A stretch of 34,898 bases of DNA from Stramenopiles sp. TOSAG23-6 (taxonomy: Eukaryota): positions 1-34,898 of the forward strand of contig LT635948.1 in assembly GCA_900128565.1 (NCBI GenBank). The letters are read 5' to 3'. Made by a program: the position numbers and the translations under genes. Under the pieces are notes generated by a model. It made no database searches. It was not told the DNA's origin and was given only the letters and a program-made list of their open reading frames with translations. Position 1 is the first letter of the stretch; each line of letters opens with the position of its first letter. Positions 17,450 through 30,120 of the stretch are shown piece after piece.

Positions 17450-18757
17450 TTGAAATGGGTAAGAAGTCAAAATCCACCTTGTCCATGGGATGAAGAAACG
17501 TGTAGTTTTGCAGCTTATGATGGTCAATTAGAAGTATTGAAATGGGTGAGAAGTCAAAATCCACCTTGTCCTTGGGATGAAAATACATGTAGAAATGCAG
17601 CTACAAAGGGTCACTTAAAAGTATTGAAATGGTTAAGAAGTCAAAATCCACCTTGTCCTTGGGATGAATGGACATGTCGTGTAGCAGCTGAGTATGGTGA
17701 ATTAGAAGTATTAAAATGGGTAAGAAGTCAAAATCCACCTTGTCCTTGGGATGAAAATACGTGCCGTGATGCAGCTTATGGTGGTCACTTAGAAGCATTA
17801 CAATGGGTAAGAAGTCAAAATCCACCTTGTCCTTGGAATGAAGGCACATGTCATTTAGCAGCTGCATTATGTCACTTAGCAGTATTGAAATGGGTAAGAA
17901 GTCAAAATCCACCTTGTCCATGGGATGAAGAAACGTGTCGTAAAGCAGCTGAGTATGGCCACTTAAAAGTATTGAAATGGGTTAGAAGTCAAAATCCACC
18001 TTGTCCATGGGATGAAAGTACATGTTATGAAGCATCTGAAAATGGCCACTTAGAAGTATTGAAATGGGTAAGAAGTCAAAATCCACCTTGTCCGTGGAAT
18101 AAATATACTTGTGAAAATGCAGCTGCAAGTGGTCACTTGGAAGTATTGAAATGGTTAAGAAGCCAAAATCCACCTTGTCCATGGGATGAAGAAACGTGTC
18201 GTGTTGCAGCTGAAAATGGTCGATTAAAAGTATTGAAATGGTTAAGAAGCCAAAATCCACCTTGTCCATGGTATGAAGGTACATGTAATAGAGCAGCTTT
18301 AAATGGTCATTTGGAAGTATTGAAATGGCTAAGAAGTCAAAATCCTCCTTGTCCATGGAGTGAAGGTACATGTCGTGTAGCAGCTTATGGTCACTTAAAA
18401 ATACTGAAATGGTTAAGAAGTCAAAATCCACCTTGCTCATGGGATGAAGAAACGTGTGAGGCTGCAGCTGAAGGTGGCCACTTAGAAATATTGAAATGGG
18501 TAAGAAGTCAAAATCCACCTTGTCCATGGGATGAAGAAACGTGTAGTTTTGCAGCTTATGATGGTCAATTAGAAGTATTGAAATGGGTGAGAAGTCAAAA
18601 TCCACCTTGTCCTTGGGATGAAAATACGTGTCGTATTGCAGCTGAAAAAGGTAAGATTGAAGTATTGAAATGGCTAATAGATGTGAAAGCCCCAGGTTAT
18701 GAGAGGTATGAGAATTATAACTTCTCAATTGATTTTTCAAATGATTCAAGTTGGTAA
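17450..18757 (+). CDS. Mirror copy: ankyrin-like repeat protein (5'-truncated)
   Basis: Exact reverse complement of 16142-17449. Confidence 0.8.
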   Translation: MKWVRSQNPPCPWDEETCSFAAYDGQLEVLKWVRSQNPPCPWDENTCRNAATKGHLKVLKWLRSQNPPCPWDEWTCRVAAEYGELEVLKWVRSQNPPCPWDENTCRDAAYGGHLEALQWVRSQNPPCPWNEGTCHLAAALCHLAVLKWVRSQNPPCPWDEETCRKAAEYGHLKVLKWVRSQNPPCPWDESTCYEASENGHLEVLKWVRSQNPPCPWNKYTCENAAASGHLEVLKWLRSQNPPCPWDEETCRVAAENGRLKVLKWLRSQNPPCPWYEGTCNRAALNGHLEVLKWLRSQNPPCPWSEGTCRVAAYGHLKILKWLRSQNPPCSWDEETCEAAAEGGHLEILKWVRSQNPPCPWDEETCSFAAYDGQLEVLKWVRSQNPPCPWDENTCRIAAEKGKIEVLKWLIDVKAPGYERYENYNFSIDFSNDSSW

Positions 18758-18856
18758 TGAATTGTAGTTTATATTTTAGGATTAAAACTTTTGAGTTTTA
18801 AAAATTTCTTAAAATTATATTAATTTTTTTTTATAAATAGTTCATTTAAAAAAACA

Positions 18857-18943
18857 TCATTTAAAATGAAAATCAAAAAGTTATATTTTGGAATCCTCAG
18901 CCACAGAAGCAAGTTGAGAGCCATCAGGTTTCCATGCCAAATC
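18857..18943 (-). pseudogene. Mirror copy: WD40 fragment
   Basis: Exact reverse complement of 15956-16042. Confidence 0.55.
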
Positions 18944-19167
18944 CTATATTGTAAAAAGCTGTATTATTTTGTGTATTATAAAATGAAAATGTTTTGGCAA
19001 AAACTTTTTTAAACTAAACTCAAAAAAAGTGGAAAAAAGTGGAAAAAAAAAAGTCTCAAAATGAAGTCAAAAACGAAAATCATCAAAATATCTGATTGGC
19101 CAATTATTTGGAATCGTTCCAATACGCTGTGTTATTCGAATCAATTCAATGTAGCATTATTTCAAAA

Positions 19168-21078
19168 ATGAACATGTCAAACAGTGACAATTTAAAAGTT
19201 GATGACAATTTAGAAGTTGATGAAGCTGAAAATCCTTCTGTGTTTGCCAACGAAGTCTGTGATGTTCTTCTTGGTCGAGGTGTGCCAGATACTCTAAAGA
19301 TCAGACTTGGAATGCGTAGAAGTCTTCAACGTCAACGTGCTGAGTATCTCCATAAGATTTCAATGATAAATGATTTGCGTCATAAAGATAATTCTTCTCG
19401 TATAAACGCAGAGAAGAAAATTGAGGAGCAAAATGCTATTATATCTCAGTTACGTTCTAGTCTACAACAAAAGGATCAGCAATTAGAAGAAAAAACAAAA
19501 CAAATCCAGAAAAGTGTTGAATTACAAAAGTTAGTCAATAATTCTCCTGATTCTTTACAGCCATCAGATACTTTCATATTTACAGGAATCGCGGACAATC
19601 CTTCTGATACTCATTTGGATATTAAAACTTCAAAGTCTGATGAAGAATTTCGTTTACTAAGTAACCAACTCAAAAAATTATATTTTAATCATATAAAGCC
19701 AATGGAGGAAATCTACCTCTACGATAGGATGGTACAGCCCCTATTACGTTCTGCTGATTTTGATGCAAAACCTATGGTACTTTTACTTGGTCAATATTCT
19801 GTAGGTAAAACCTCTTTTATCAGGTCAATTGTTGGAGATTATCCAAATATGTACATTTTCAAAATTAAAATTCAAATTTATTTTTTTTCATAAAAAATAT
19901 TTTGTACCTAACAAATCTTTTTTGTTAAAAAAAAATATTTTTTCACAATACATGCGTATTGGTCCGGAACCAACAACAGACAAATGGTCAGCTATTATGC
20001 GTGGTGGTCATGGTTGTAATGAAGCAAGGTCTGTACCAGGTCATACAGTTACAGTTCAACCAGATCGACCTTTTGCAAGTTTGATTAGATTTGGAAGTAG
20101 TTTTTTAGAAAGGTTTGAAGGAATAGAAATACCTATTATTAGTGGAAATAGTATTTTAGATAGATATACATTGATGTATGTATTTATCACTCATTTTGAA
20201 TTTCAATTATATTGTTGAAATATATATTTTTTAAATGTATATTGTTCAACTAATTATTCGATTTCGAAATTATTTTGTGCTAACAAATTTCAAACTGAAA
20301 ACATATTTTTCTTGTATACATTGATTCACCTGGAATTTTATCTGGTGAAAAACAAACTATAGGTCGATCATATGATTTCAATGCAGTTGTTAAATGGTTT
20401 GCTTCACGCGTGGATCGATTACTTTTGTTTTTTGATGCAAATAAATTAGATATTAGTGATGAGTTTGAAGGTGCAATCCTAGCTACTTCATCAAATGCAA
20501 ACAAAATTCGAGTTGTACTTAATAAAGCTGATCAAATATCTGGATGTGAATTATTGCGTGTATACGGTGCTTTACTCTGGGCTTTAGGTAAAGTATTGAA
20601 AACCCCAGAAGTTACACGGATATATTTAGGTTCGTTTTGGAATAAACCTTTACAAGGTAATATTACGAATAAATTATTATTCAAACGAGATAAAGCAACT
20701 TTATTAGATGAATTATATGATTTACCAAGAAATAATCTAATTAGAAAAGTTTCGTACCTTGCAAAACGATGGCGTGAAGTTAAAGTTCATATATTATTAA
20801 TATCTTATTTAAAGTCACAAATGCCATTATTTTTTGGAAAAGTAAAAGCAAGAGAAGATTTAGTAAATGATATGGCAAATGTCTTTTTTGAAGTCTCAAA
20901 AAAATATAGAATACCTACAGGAGATTTTCCAAATCTTGATGAATTTCGAAAACATGTTTCAAATATTGATGATTGGAGAGCTTCTTTTCGATCTCTTCGA
21001 CCAGATCAATTGAAAGCTGTGGAAGATGCTATTGATAAAACTATTCCAAAATTAATGTCCGAATTAACATCAGAATAA
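19168..21078 (+). CDS. Mirror copy: EHD-family ATPase; introns 19851-19953 and 20176-20321
   Basis: Exact reverse complement of 13821-15731. Confidence 0.9.
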
Positions 21079-21307
21079 AATTGTAATGAAAAGCATTTAA
21101 AAATAAATAGCCAAATTGATATCAGCATAAATTAAAAATATACGTTTTAAATTATTAAATGTTTTGGTATGGATGTTTTATTTGTACCCATTCAAAATAT
21201 ACTTTTAATACGGAATATTTCTATGTAAATTGATTTTTCAAAATATTATATTTTGTTTCCATTATTATTATTATTACTATATAGTATTTACTTAGTATAG
21301 CTTTCTA

Positions 21308-22385
21308 TTATTTGGTTGCTCCAAAAAGAGACTTCAATGCATCATATGCAACAAATTGGATTGCAGCACCAGGGATAGCTCTAATACAATTAACATGAAC
21401 ACCTTTGTAAAAACCAATTGCACCTTCTTTTTTCAATATTTGTCTAAAGCAATCATGTACTTGTGAAAAAATATTTTTGTAGTAAAAAAAAATCGTTAGG
21501 TACAAAATTTCGTACTAAAAAAAAAATTGAAAATTCATGATGAAAACGTACAAACATTCCACCATACGTTCGAGGTTTTCCACATGCTCCATCTGTTTGC
21601 ATTCGTCTACGTATTGTATCACCTGCATACGTCAACGTTTGCGCAGCAACACCCGCTGAAGCACCACATATTAGCTTAGTCATTGTTCCAGATTCAAGAC
21701 TAAAATGTTCCCTTGCAAAACGAGTATTTAATTCATAAAATGACATTTGTAAACCAACATAAGGTACACCAGATAATATAGTAGGCGAAAGACCTTTGTA
21801 CAGTCCCGTAATACCTTCACCACGTAATGTCTTCATCAAACAATCAACAATACCATTATATCGTAGACCTAAACCAACACCGAGAGTAAGACGAGTGCGA
21901 ACTAATTCTAGAGGATATGTTATACAAGTCTGAAAAAGTCCTGCCATGGAACCAGCAGTAACTAATTGAACAAAATTAAGTTTTGTTTGTTTATCCTTTC
22001 GGACTAAACCTTTAAATGTATCATTGAAACCGAACTTTAGAGCATATACTGGTATTACACGCAACACATTTGCACCATTACCACGCCAAAATCCAATAAC
22101 ACCTTCCTCCTTAAAAATTGTTCTCGTTGCATGTGGTATTCCCTGATACTTTGGAGCACCACTTTGCATTGCCTGGACCTGAAATAGGATTTTTAATCGT
22201 TCTAATGGCGCAACACATGTTTTTGTTATAGCTCCCGCTCCAGCACCAGCCATTAGAAAACGCATCATTGGAGGCGGAGAAAATTCATTGACTTTTCCTT
22301 TAACTTCAGACTCAACTTTGAAGAAACCTTGAATTGTACGGGAAAGTGTTGCTTCTGCAGGTCCAGGTTGTGGAGAGGCAACCAT
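21308..22385 (-). CDS. Mirror copy: mitochondrial carrier; intron 21455-21551
   Basis: Exact reverse complement of 12514-13591. Confidence 0.9.
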
Positions 22386-22766
22386 TATGTATTCTAAAGA
22401 GTAAAGCCTCTACTATTTCTAATACTATTATTAAAAAACTAAAATAGTCTCATTCTGCTTGCTATTGAAAAGTACTGGTGAATGTGGCTTACAATTGCGG
22501 ACCTAAATTTATGTCCCTTTTACTTTACTCCTTCAATATTCAAGAAGTTTGATCATCTTGATGCGCATGTTCCGCGCGAAAAGAGCGATGACTGATTTGA
22601 TTGGTCAAAAAAGCTGATTTGAATTTTTTATTTCGTGTTTTTTTTTTTTCAGTTTGAGTTTGCGTTTGACAGAAATATATTATCTCGAAGTGTCTTTTTC
22701 ACAAGTCAATATAGGACCTATTTATTCATTTTGTATACTTTCGTCTGCATTTTTAAAGGGTTGTTT

Positions 22767-23666
22767 ATGTATTCGAGGCTATTATTCTCATATACTTTAT
22801 ATTTATTTTATACGTCAAATATAAGCCACAGTCAGGTTGGTAAGAAACGTATACATACGTCTTCTGATGGTAGTGTACGAGAATGGCAACCAGACACTCA
22901 AGAGTGGAGTTTAATTCGTACTGCAACACCTATAGTCGCAAGTGGCAAACAACTTTTATTAAAGGGACAAGAGTTTAATTTTAACTTTACTGCAGGAGAG
23001 TTTTCGGTACGGGGTAAACCAATAATAGTACATCCTGCACCAGTCATTAGAGACACTAAAAAGCAACAAGACGGTGACACTGGTCGATTTGTGTGGGATG
23101 GTAGTATTGTTCTCGCAAAATATTTAGAACATGTGTGGTCACCCGAGTCTTCTGTCTGTCCCATCAACTCATCCAATTGTAACTCTATCACTGGAAAGAA
23201 CGTTTTAGAATTAGGTGCTGGAACAGGTCTTTCAGGTATTGCTGCTGCTTTATTAGGCGCTGCTTCTGTTACTTTGACTGATCTTCCATATTGTCTTGAA
23301 ACACTAAACCGTAATGCCAGTGAAGCTTTAAAACGTAATTCTAGTGCTTCTCAAATGGCTAATATTCATGTAGAGGCTTTAGATTGGTTCACTCCAAATG
23401 ATTTAAAAGTATATGATATTATCCTTGGTGCAGATGTAGTATGGCTTGCAGATTTGGTGAAGCCTTTGACTAATGTATTAATACAATTGACCGATATTAA
23501 TCCAGACGCGGTAATTTTATTAGCCCATCAAACTAGATCAAATGAAACAGATGAGATTCTATTTAATGCTTTACGGAAATATTTCAGATGGAATATTTCT
23601 GGAGAAAATGTTCATCCTGATTTTTCCATAGACAAAATTAAAGTTTTTAAATTACATCGAAAATGA
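22767..23666 (+). CDS. Mirror copy: METTL21-type methyltransferase
   Basis: Exact reverse complement of 11233-12132. Confidence 0.82.
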   Translation: MYSRLLFSYTLYLFYTSNISHSQVGKKRIHTSSDGSVREWQPDTQEWSLIRTATPIVASGKQLLLKGQEFNFNFTAGEFSVRGKPIIVHPAPVIRDTKKQQDGDTGRFVWDGSIVLAKYLEHVWSPESSVCPINSSNCNSITGKNVLELGAGTGLSGIAAALLGAASVTLTDLPYCLETLNRNASEALKRNSSASQMANIHVEALDWFTPNDLKVYDIILGADVVWLADLVKPLTNVLIQLTDINPDAVILLAHQTRSNETDEILFNALRKYFRWNISGENVHPDFSIDKIKVFKLHRK

Positions 23667-23888
23667 CGAAAAAAATATAAAAAAAAATATAAAAAAAATA
23701 ATTTTTAAAATTTTGATGATCTCGTTTATTACTTTGATCAGTTTCTAATTTCGAAAATAAACCAATAAAAGCCTCTACATCAAAAGTGGTTTGCGCTCAC
23801 TAATTAAGTAAATTTGACAATATTCTATTTTTTTCATACAAATTCAATTCATCATATTATTTTCAACCAATTTAATAATTTATTTTCA

Positions 23889-25295
23889 TCAATTTACACT
23901 TTTTGAGTTGCGACACGGTTTTTTGTGTATACTCCAATGTGCTTTTTGACACTTCTTTGAACAATACCACACACATTTACACCCAGTACAAAAGAATAAT
24001 TTAGTAATTTTGTCAACTTTACCACAATTCACACATTTTGAGTTGTCATATTTCATTATCAAGTCTTTTATTCCCTCATCTGTTGAATCCGTTATCTGCT
24101 TTTTTGCTTTCTTGATCCACTTTGCTCCTCTTTTATAATTTTTAGTGACACCATAACCATTATAATAGCAATCACCAACATAACACTGTCCAATCATATT
24201 ACCTGCATTTGCACATTTAGCATACCAGTTGAAAGCTTCTTTATAATCTTGTTCAACACCATAACCATTATTATAGCAGTCACCAAGATTAATTTGACCT
24301 TCACTATTACCAGCAGCAGCAGATTGAGTATACCACTTGAAAGCTTCTTTTTTGTCTTCGGCAACACCTTCACCGTAATAATAGCAGTTACCAAGATTAT
24401 TTTGACCTTCACTATCACCGGAATCAGCAGATTTAGAATACCACTTGAAAGCTTCTTCTTTATCTTCAGCAACACCAACACCATTATCATAGCAATAACC
24501 AAGATTATTTTGTCCTGCACTATTACTTGCATTTGCAGATTTAGAATACCACTTGAAAGCTTCTTCTTTATCTTCATCAACAACATGACCATGTTCATAG
24601 CAGTAACCAAGACTGTTTTGTGCATCACTACAACGGGAATGAGCAGATTTAGTATACCACTTGAAAGCTTTTTCTTTATCTTCAGCAACACCAACACCAT
24701 TAGCATAGCAATAACCAAGATTATATTGTCCTTCATTTATATTACGTAAGGAATTAGGTATGGGATTTAATACTTCTGGTAAAGACTCAGGATATCGCTC
24801 AGAGAGTTCCTCAAATAGTTCTTTCTCACAACCTGCATATTTTTCGACAATTCTAGGAACATTAATAACTTTATCAGGGTTATATGTTATGAAAAAAATA
24901 AGGACTCGTTGGTAGAAACTGCGAATACGGGTAACACTTCCAATTTTGAAAAGTGCATTTGTTGGATTAGGTATCATGCGACGAGGAGTCGCGCGAGAAA
25001 GACTTGTAAGCGTCGTACCAATGGAAGAACCATTTTTACTTTTCAGATCTTTAAACAGGAATAATCCAGACGCTTCACTTTTCTTCGCATTTGCAGATTT
25101 AGAATACCACTTGAAAGCTTCTTCTTTATCTTCAGCAACACCATGACCATGTTCATAGCAATAACCAAGATGATTTTGTGCACTGCTATTGCCTTGATTC
25201 GCAGCTTTTCTAAACAATTCAGCAGCAGTTTTATCACATTGAGTGACACCATGACCCGTATAATAACGTAAACCAAGTTCATACTCTGCTTCCAT
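23889..25295 (-). CDS. Mirror copy: Sel1-repeat/MYND protein
   Basis: Exact reverse complement of 9604-11010. Confidence 0.9.
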   Translation of the reverse strand: MEAEYELGLRYYTGHGVTQCDKTAAELFRKAANQGNSSAQNHLGYCYEHGHGVAEDKEEAFKWYSKSANAKKSEASGLFLFKDLKSKNGSSIGTTLTSLSRATPRRMIPNPTNALFKIGSVTRIRSFYQRVLIFFITYNPDKVINVPRIVEKYAGCEKELFEELSERYPESLPEVLNPIPNSLRNINEGQYNLGYCYANGVGVAEDKEKAFKWYTKSAHSRCSDAQNSLGYCYEHGHVVDEDKEEAFKWYSKSANASNSAGQNNLGYCYDNGVGVAEDKEEAFKWYSKSADSGDSEGQNNLGNCYYYGEGVAEDKKEAFKWYTQSAAAGNSEGQINLGDCYNNGYGVEQDYKEAFNWYAKCANAGNMIGQCYVGDCYYNGYGVTKNYKRGAKWIKKAKKQITDSTDEGIKDLIMKYDNSKCVNCGKVDKITKLFFCTGCKCVWYCSKKCQKAHWSIHKKPCRNSKSVN

Positions 25296-25549
25296 GATGT
25301 AGCCTCGATTTGCGGCTTTTGTATACCAATTTAGCAGCAGCAGTGTTTATAATTTATAGCATGCGCATGTAGGGTAACAACCAGGTCCTACCTCGTGTCA
25401 CTTGCAATTTTACAATATCGCGCCACGTGGCATTCAATTGCGAGAATTTCATTTGAGATTTATTCGTTTTGACGATTTTATTTTTCACCTCGTCTCGAGA
25501 CAAAAAAACGAGACTTGAAAAATTCTTCTCCGTAATTTTGATTCACACC

Positions 25550-26452
25550 ATGGCAGATGAGTTATTTATGCTAAAGAACTATTTCTGGTTAGGAAATTTT
25601 CAGTTAGGTATACGAGAAGCTGGTGGAATTCGCCCATCTTCAGAAGAAGTTGTGACTGAGCGTGATGCGTATGTCTACAGGTGTTACATTGGAATGGGAA
25701 ACCCAGGTTATGTTCTCGATGAAACAGAGTTGGACGGAGACGAAATCGAACCTCCAATTGCTGCCGTAAAACTTTTAGCAGAATACGAATCTGATTCTAG
25801 TGATACATCTCGCGCTAAAGTCGTGGAATCGTTGAAAGAACTTTTGAAAGCAGATGTCGCACCAGGAAAAGCAATGTCAATGGCTCAAACTATCGCTGCG
25901 ACTGTTTTTTACCGCGAGGGAGAGTTACCATTAGCCCTTGCTACTCTCCGTGATGATTCAGATATGGAGCAAATGTCACTTACTTTACAAATACACATTG
26001 CAATGTCAAGAATTGATCTTGCACAGAAACAACTTCTCGTTCTGCAACAAGTCGACGACGACAGTACTCTTACTCAACTTTGCATGTCATGGTTATACTT
26101 GATTACAGGTGGAGCTAAATACCAGGAAGCGTCATACATTTACCAGGAACTTATTGATAAATATGGACCAACCGTACTTCTCTTAAATGGTCTTGGCGTT
26201 GCAAATATTCATTTAAGTAATTATGAAGCTGCAGACCAAGCCTTCCAAGAAGCTCTTGGGATGAACGCTAAAGATGGCGATACACTTGTAAATATTATTA
26301 CTTGTGCGCAGTGGAATGGAAAGGGTGATTCTGTTATTCAAGGTTATATAAAGCAACTAAACAGTGTATCCCCCAATCATCCATGGTTAAAACGAAATGA
26401 AAAATTAGAAAATCTTTTTAAAACTTCAGCAGAGTCTAATAAACAACACTAA
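25550..26452 (+). CDS. COPE: Mirror copy: coatomer subunit epsilon
   Basis: Exact reverse complement of 8447-9349. Confidence 0.9.
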   Translation: MADELFMLKNYFWLGNFQLGIREAGGIRPSSEEVVTERDAYVYRCYIGMGNPGYVLDETELDGDEIEPPIAAVKLLAEYESDSSDTSRAKVVESLKELLKADVAPGKAMSMAQTIAATVFYREGELPLALATLRDDSDMEQMSLTLQIHIAMSRIDLAQKQLLVLQQVDDDSTLTQLCMSWLYLITGGAKYQEASYIYQELIDKYGPTVLLLNGLGVANIHLSNYEAADQAFQEALGMNAKDGDTLVNIITCAQWNGKGDSVIQGYIKQLNSVSPNHPWLKRNEKLENLFKTSAESNKQH

Positions 26453-26557
26453 AATTTTTTGGACGATGAAGAAAATTTGAAAATGTCTAAAAAAAACATC
26501 AATAAAGAATAAAAGAATTATAACTTTTATATGTTTGAAGTTGTATATAAAAATATC

Positions 26558-28049
26558 TTACATCGACGGAGTGTAATATTTCTTGCCTGCAGCAATGGAT
26601 GCCTCATCTGGTGGATATAAATGAGGATTTAAATGTCTAAAAAACGCTTCTTCTTCTGCAATTTCTTCAGCATTGTCTTCCCTATATTTTTGATTACTAT
26701 CAACCAAAGATTTCCATATCGCAGGTGTAAGATCACGCTCTGGGTCTACTGCGCCATCCGCATACTCATCCAAGAGATTATATATGAAATTATGAAGTTG
26801 CATATGTTCCTCATTAGTATAGTCTGTACCATTTCTTCGAACAACAGTGCAAGGCCGTATTGTGAAAAAATATTTCAAAAAAAAATCGTTAGGTACAAAA
26901 TTTCGTANCNAAAAAAAANTTNGGTAAAATATTGAAATGAAAACGTACACCTGGTCTCATTTGATACTTCATTGGAGCAAAGCCAGATATTTTATCAATC
27001 ATTAGATATGTTCCAAACTGGTTATCACCACTAAATGGTTTATCAAAGAGAACGGCTAATTCTACACCTAAACATTCAGGTACAGATGGTTTCTCATGTG
27101 CTTTCATTACTTCAATCCATCTTGAAGCAGGTATTTCAATTTCACTGAATGAATGATCGTCAATGTATATGGCTTTTATAGTGCTGAAATTATTCTTCGG
27201 TTTTCCACAATAAAATTTATCAGACATCATTTCATCTAAAGGTGAACGTGAAACTCTACTAGGCTTAATGGTTTTTGCAGAAGGATGAATAACTATTGGC
27301 GTAATTATAACAGGGGGATAAAGAAGCTCTCGGGGGTATTCTTTCACTTCTTTGGAATATTTCTCTCGTATAGTTTCAATCATTTTTACAATGACACTTC
27401 TTCTCTTTGTCAACTTTTTACGTATACGTGCAAACACTGGACCATCATCTATTCGCTTTGGTGGGTTAGGATATTTTGCCTTATCCTTGTTATGTTGCTT
27501 CAACTTTGTAAGGTCTGCTTGACTCAGCGGTACTCTTCGATTTTCATCGTCAACAAGATGAACTGCTAAGTTCAACATTTCGAGTCTGCATCGTACTGCT
27601 GTCCAATCTTCCACATCCTTAGGATCAGGCTTTGATCCTTTTGAAGCAGATTTCACTCCACTTGGGGTAACGCTCGCTCCAATCTCCAAGAGCTTTAGCC
27701 TTTGTTTTTGCATGTCCAGACCATACACCAACACTTTAGAATCATCCTGCTTACAAACTTCCATCAATGCAGCGGCACGATTGCTTCCAATAATCTTCAT
27801 GAGTTTATATGCTTCTACTGGTGCATATTCCTCGCCAGCAAGGCCATTCATAAGTGGATCCAAAGATGCCGACAGCACCCGTGTTCCTTCCGAATAAGCA
27901 GCATTTGCTTCTTTAAACTTTTTTTCTTTGTATAAAGCATTGCCCTTCTCTTTAAACATTTTTGCACTTTCTATCAAGGGTGTATGGCGCGATTCGCCTG
28001 CATTACCTGCCTTTAAAGACGTCATCATTGCTGACAAAGGATTCATCAT
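26558..28049 (-). CDS. Mirror copy: TPR protein; intron 26855-26948
   Basis: Exact reverse complement of 6850-8341. Confidence 0.72.
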
Positions 28050-28227
28050 TTCGTGGAGAACAAAAGTTATTTTAAAACTCTTATTATACACACTCAAAAA
28101 AAGTTGACCAGTAAAGTTTGTCCGACTCGTCGAGCCAGTATTGTCGACTGACTGGCTGTTTAATTCTTTCTTTCGAATACGAATACTACAATACTACAAA
28201 AAAAAATTATCTCACAAAATCAAATAA

Positions 28228-29843
28228 TCAACAAGAAATTTTATATTCCATACTATTTCTAAATAATTCATCACGAACAAGTAATTTACATTTCCATAAA
28301 TTCGTTTTCAAATCAAAATGCAAATCAATATTTCTCATATTAGTGGATGTTTGTACCAACCATTCATTAGTGGGTATAAAGTATCCACTTCCAAGTTGCA
28401 CTTCTTTAAACATATTTAAATGATATAGTTGACCAAATTTACTAGAAATAATTTGCATTACACGAAAAACAAACCATAAAGGTTTTTCTGGGCTTTCTAA
28501 TAGATCTGAAAAGTTTGGATTTTTTAATGCTACAAAATTTCCTTCTTCAAGTAAATTTGCATTATTATTCTTATTATTTATACGATTTTTCAATTTCTGA
28601 GGTTGATAGTCTATGGCTAATGCACTTAAATCTGATATATTAATTAAATTTAAATTACATTTCTTTAAAAGAGTATCATTCAATGAAGCACCGTTACACA
28701 TGTGTTGGTGTGTAATATATAGCATTTGAGCAATTGATGTATTGTGAAAAAAAAAAAAAAAAGGTAAATTCAATTTTTTTGTTAGGTACACATTTTGACA
28801 CAAAAAACAATTTATATAAAGATTCAATTTTGAAAACGTTTTGAAAACGTACATGTATCATTATTCTTTTCAACACATTGTAATCCACAATTTGCTATAG
28901 CTGTCATTGTTATAATAACATCGACACGTGTCAATGCCTCTTTTGGACTACTTGATATTTTAGTATTTGTTTGATCATATGAAGATATATATTTTATCTG
29001 TATTGGTCTTGATATATATTTTGATAGTGTACATAAAAAACTTTCTTGGACATTTTCAAAATGAATCTTTTCTGTAGCAAATACTAAAACACAGTACACA
29101 AAAACATCATGATTCATTGCCTTTTTCTTTTTAAGATCAGCATGAGGTACACTTTTAGGTTTTATACCGGGAAGTAATAGAGCTACATTCCTATTTTTTA
29201 ATTTCCAAGAATTTAGTTCTTTATTATAAACGCTTGTCAGACTTTTATCTATTATATGTAATTTATCTGTAGCTTTTGTTATAATTTGATCGGTTTTGAA
29301 AATAATTCCAGAATCTTTTATTTTTTCTTTGAAACATGTCAAAATGACTTGTATATTTTTTCGTGCAGCTGTTGGATTGAATACAGGAAGAAAACTTTCT
29401 ACACGGCCAATGTGGCATATTATTTCTGTTGATCGTTTTTCACACCAATAGACAAATTGGCCAATTTTGATGTGTTGGGAATTAGATACTTTGGGTATCT
29501 TTAATAAATTTTTAGTCTTTGTGTTTATGTTTGTATTCACTTGTAAATGGCATTTAGTTTTGTTTGGTCTGATGGGGTTTATTTGACTGTATTGTTTTAT
29601 AGCCCTGAACATTTTAATACGGTGAATTTTTTTCTTTATGAAATGTTTCAAAGTTGAATCATCGTTTTGACGACGTAAAGCATTTTGAAATTCTTCAACA
29701 GTGAAAACACTAAAGTTCTCAACTATCTTATCAAAATAACAATCTAAATTGAGCTCAACCAGGAATTCAAACAAGTTTTTGTCAGTTTGAATTGATACTG
29801 TTACACCTGTACCTCGTTTGAGGTCATTGTATTTGAAATTCAT
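28228..29843 (-). CDS. Mirror copy: SAM-like hypothetical protein; intron 28737-28852
   Basis: Exact reverse complement of 5056-6671. Confidence 0.62.
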
Positions 29844-30120
29844 CGAAATACTACTATTGTATTTTAAAAGTACATAAACACAAAAATAGTCTACTTGGTT
29901 TAGTTATCTAGTCTATATAAGTATACGTATATACGAGACTCTAGTCTAGAAGCTTACTTGAGTAGCAAATATAGCGTGGTCAAAGCAGCAGTTACAAAAC
30001 GTTACAAGTGAAATTTGACCAACAGGACTTACCACCTAATAACAAAGGTAAAAGTGACTTGAAAATTTGTAGCTCACTGTGTAGAGACTATTGTGAAACA
30101 TTTCTTAAAAATATTTAATC

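Noticed and set aside
17372-17527. Overlapping N-termini MTIISCK... of the two ankyrin ORFs
   Set aside because: Read-through across the palindrome axis into the antisense strand of the other arm.
16142-18757. CRISPR-like array of regularly spaced repeats
   Set aside because: The 87-nt in-frame units encode a protein repeat; eukaryotic context; no cas genes.
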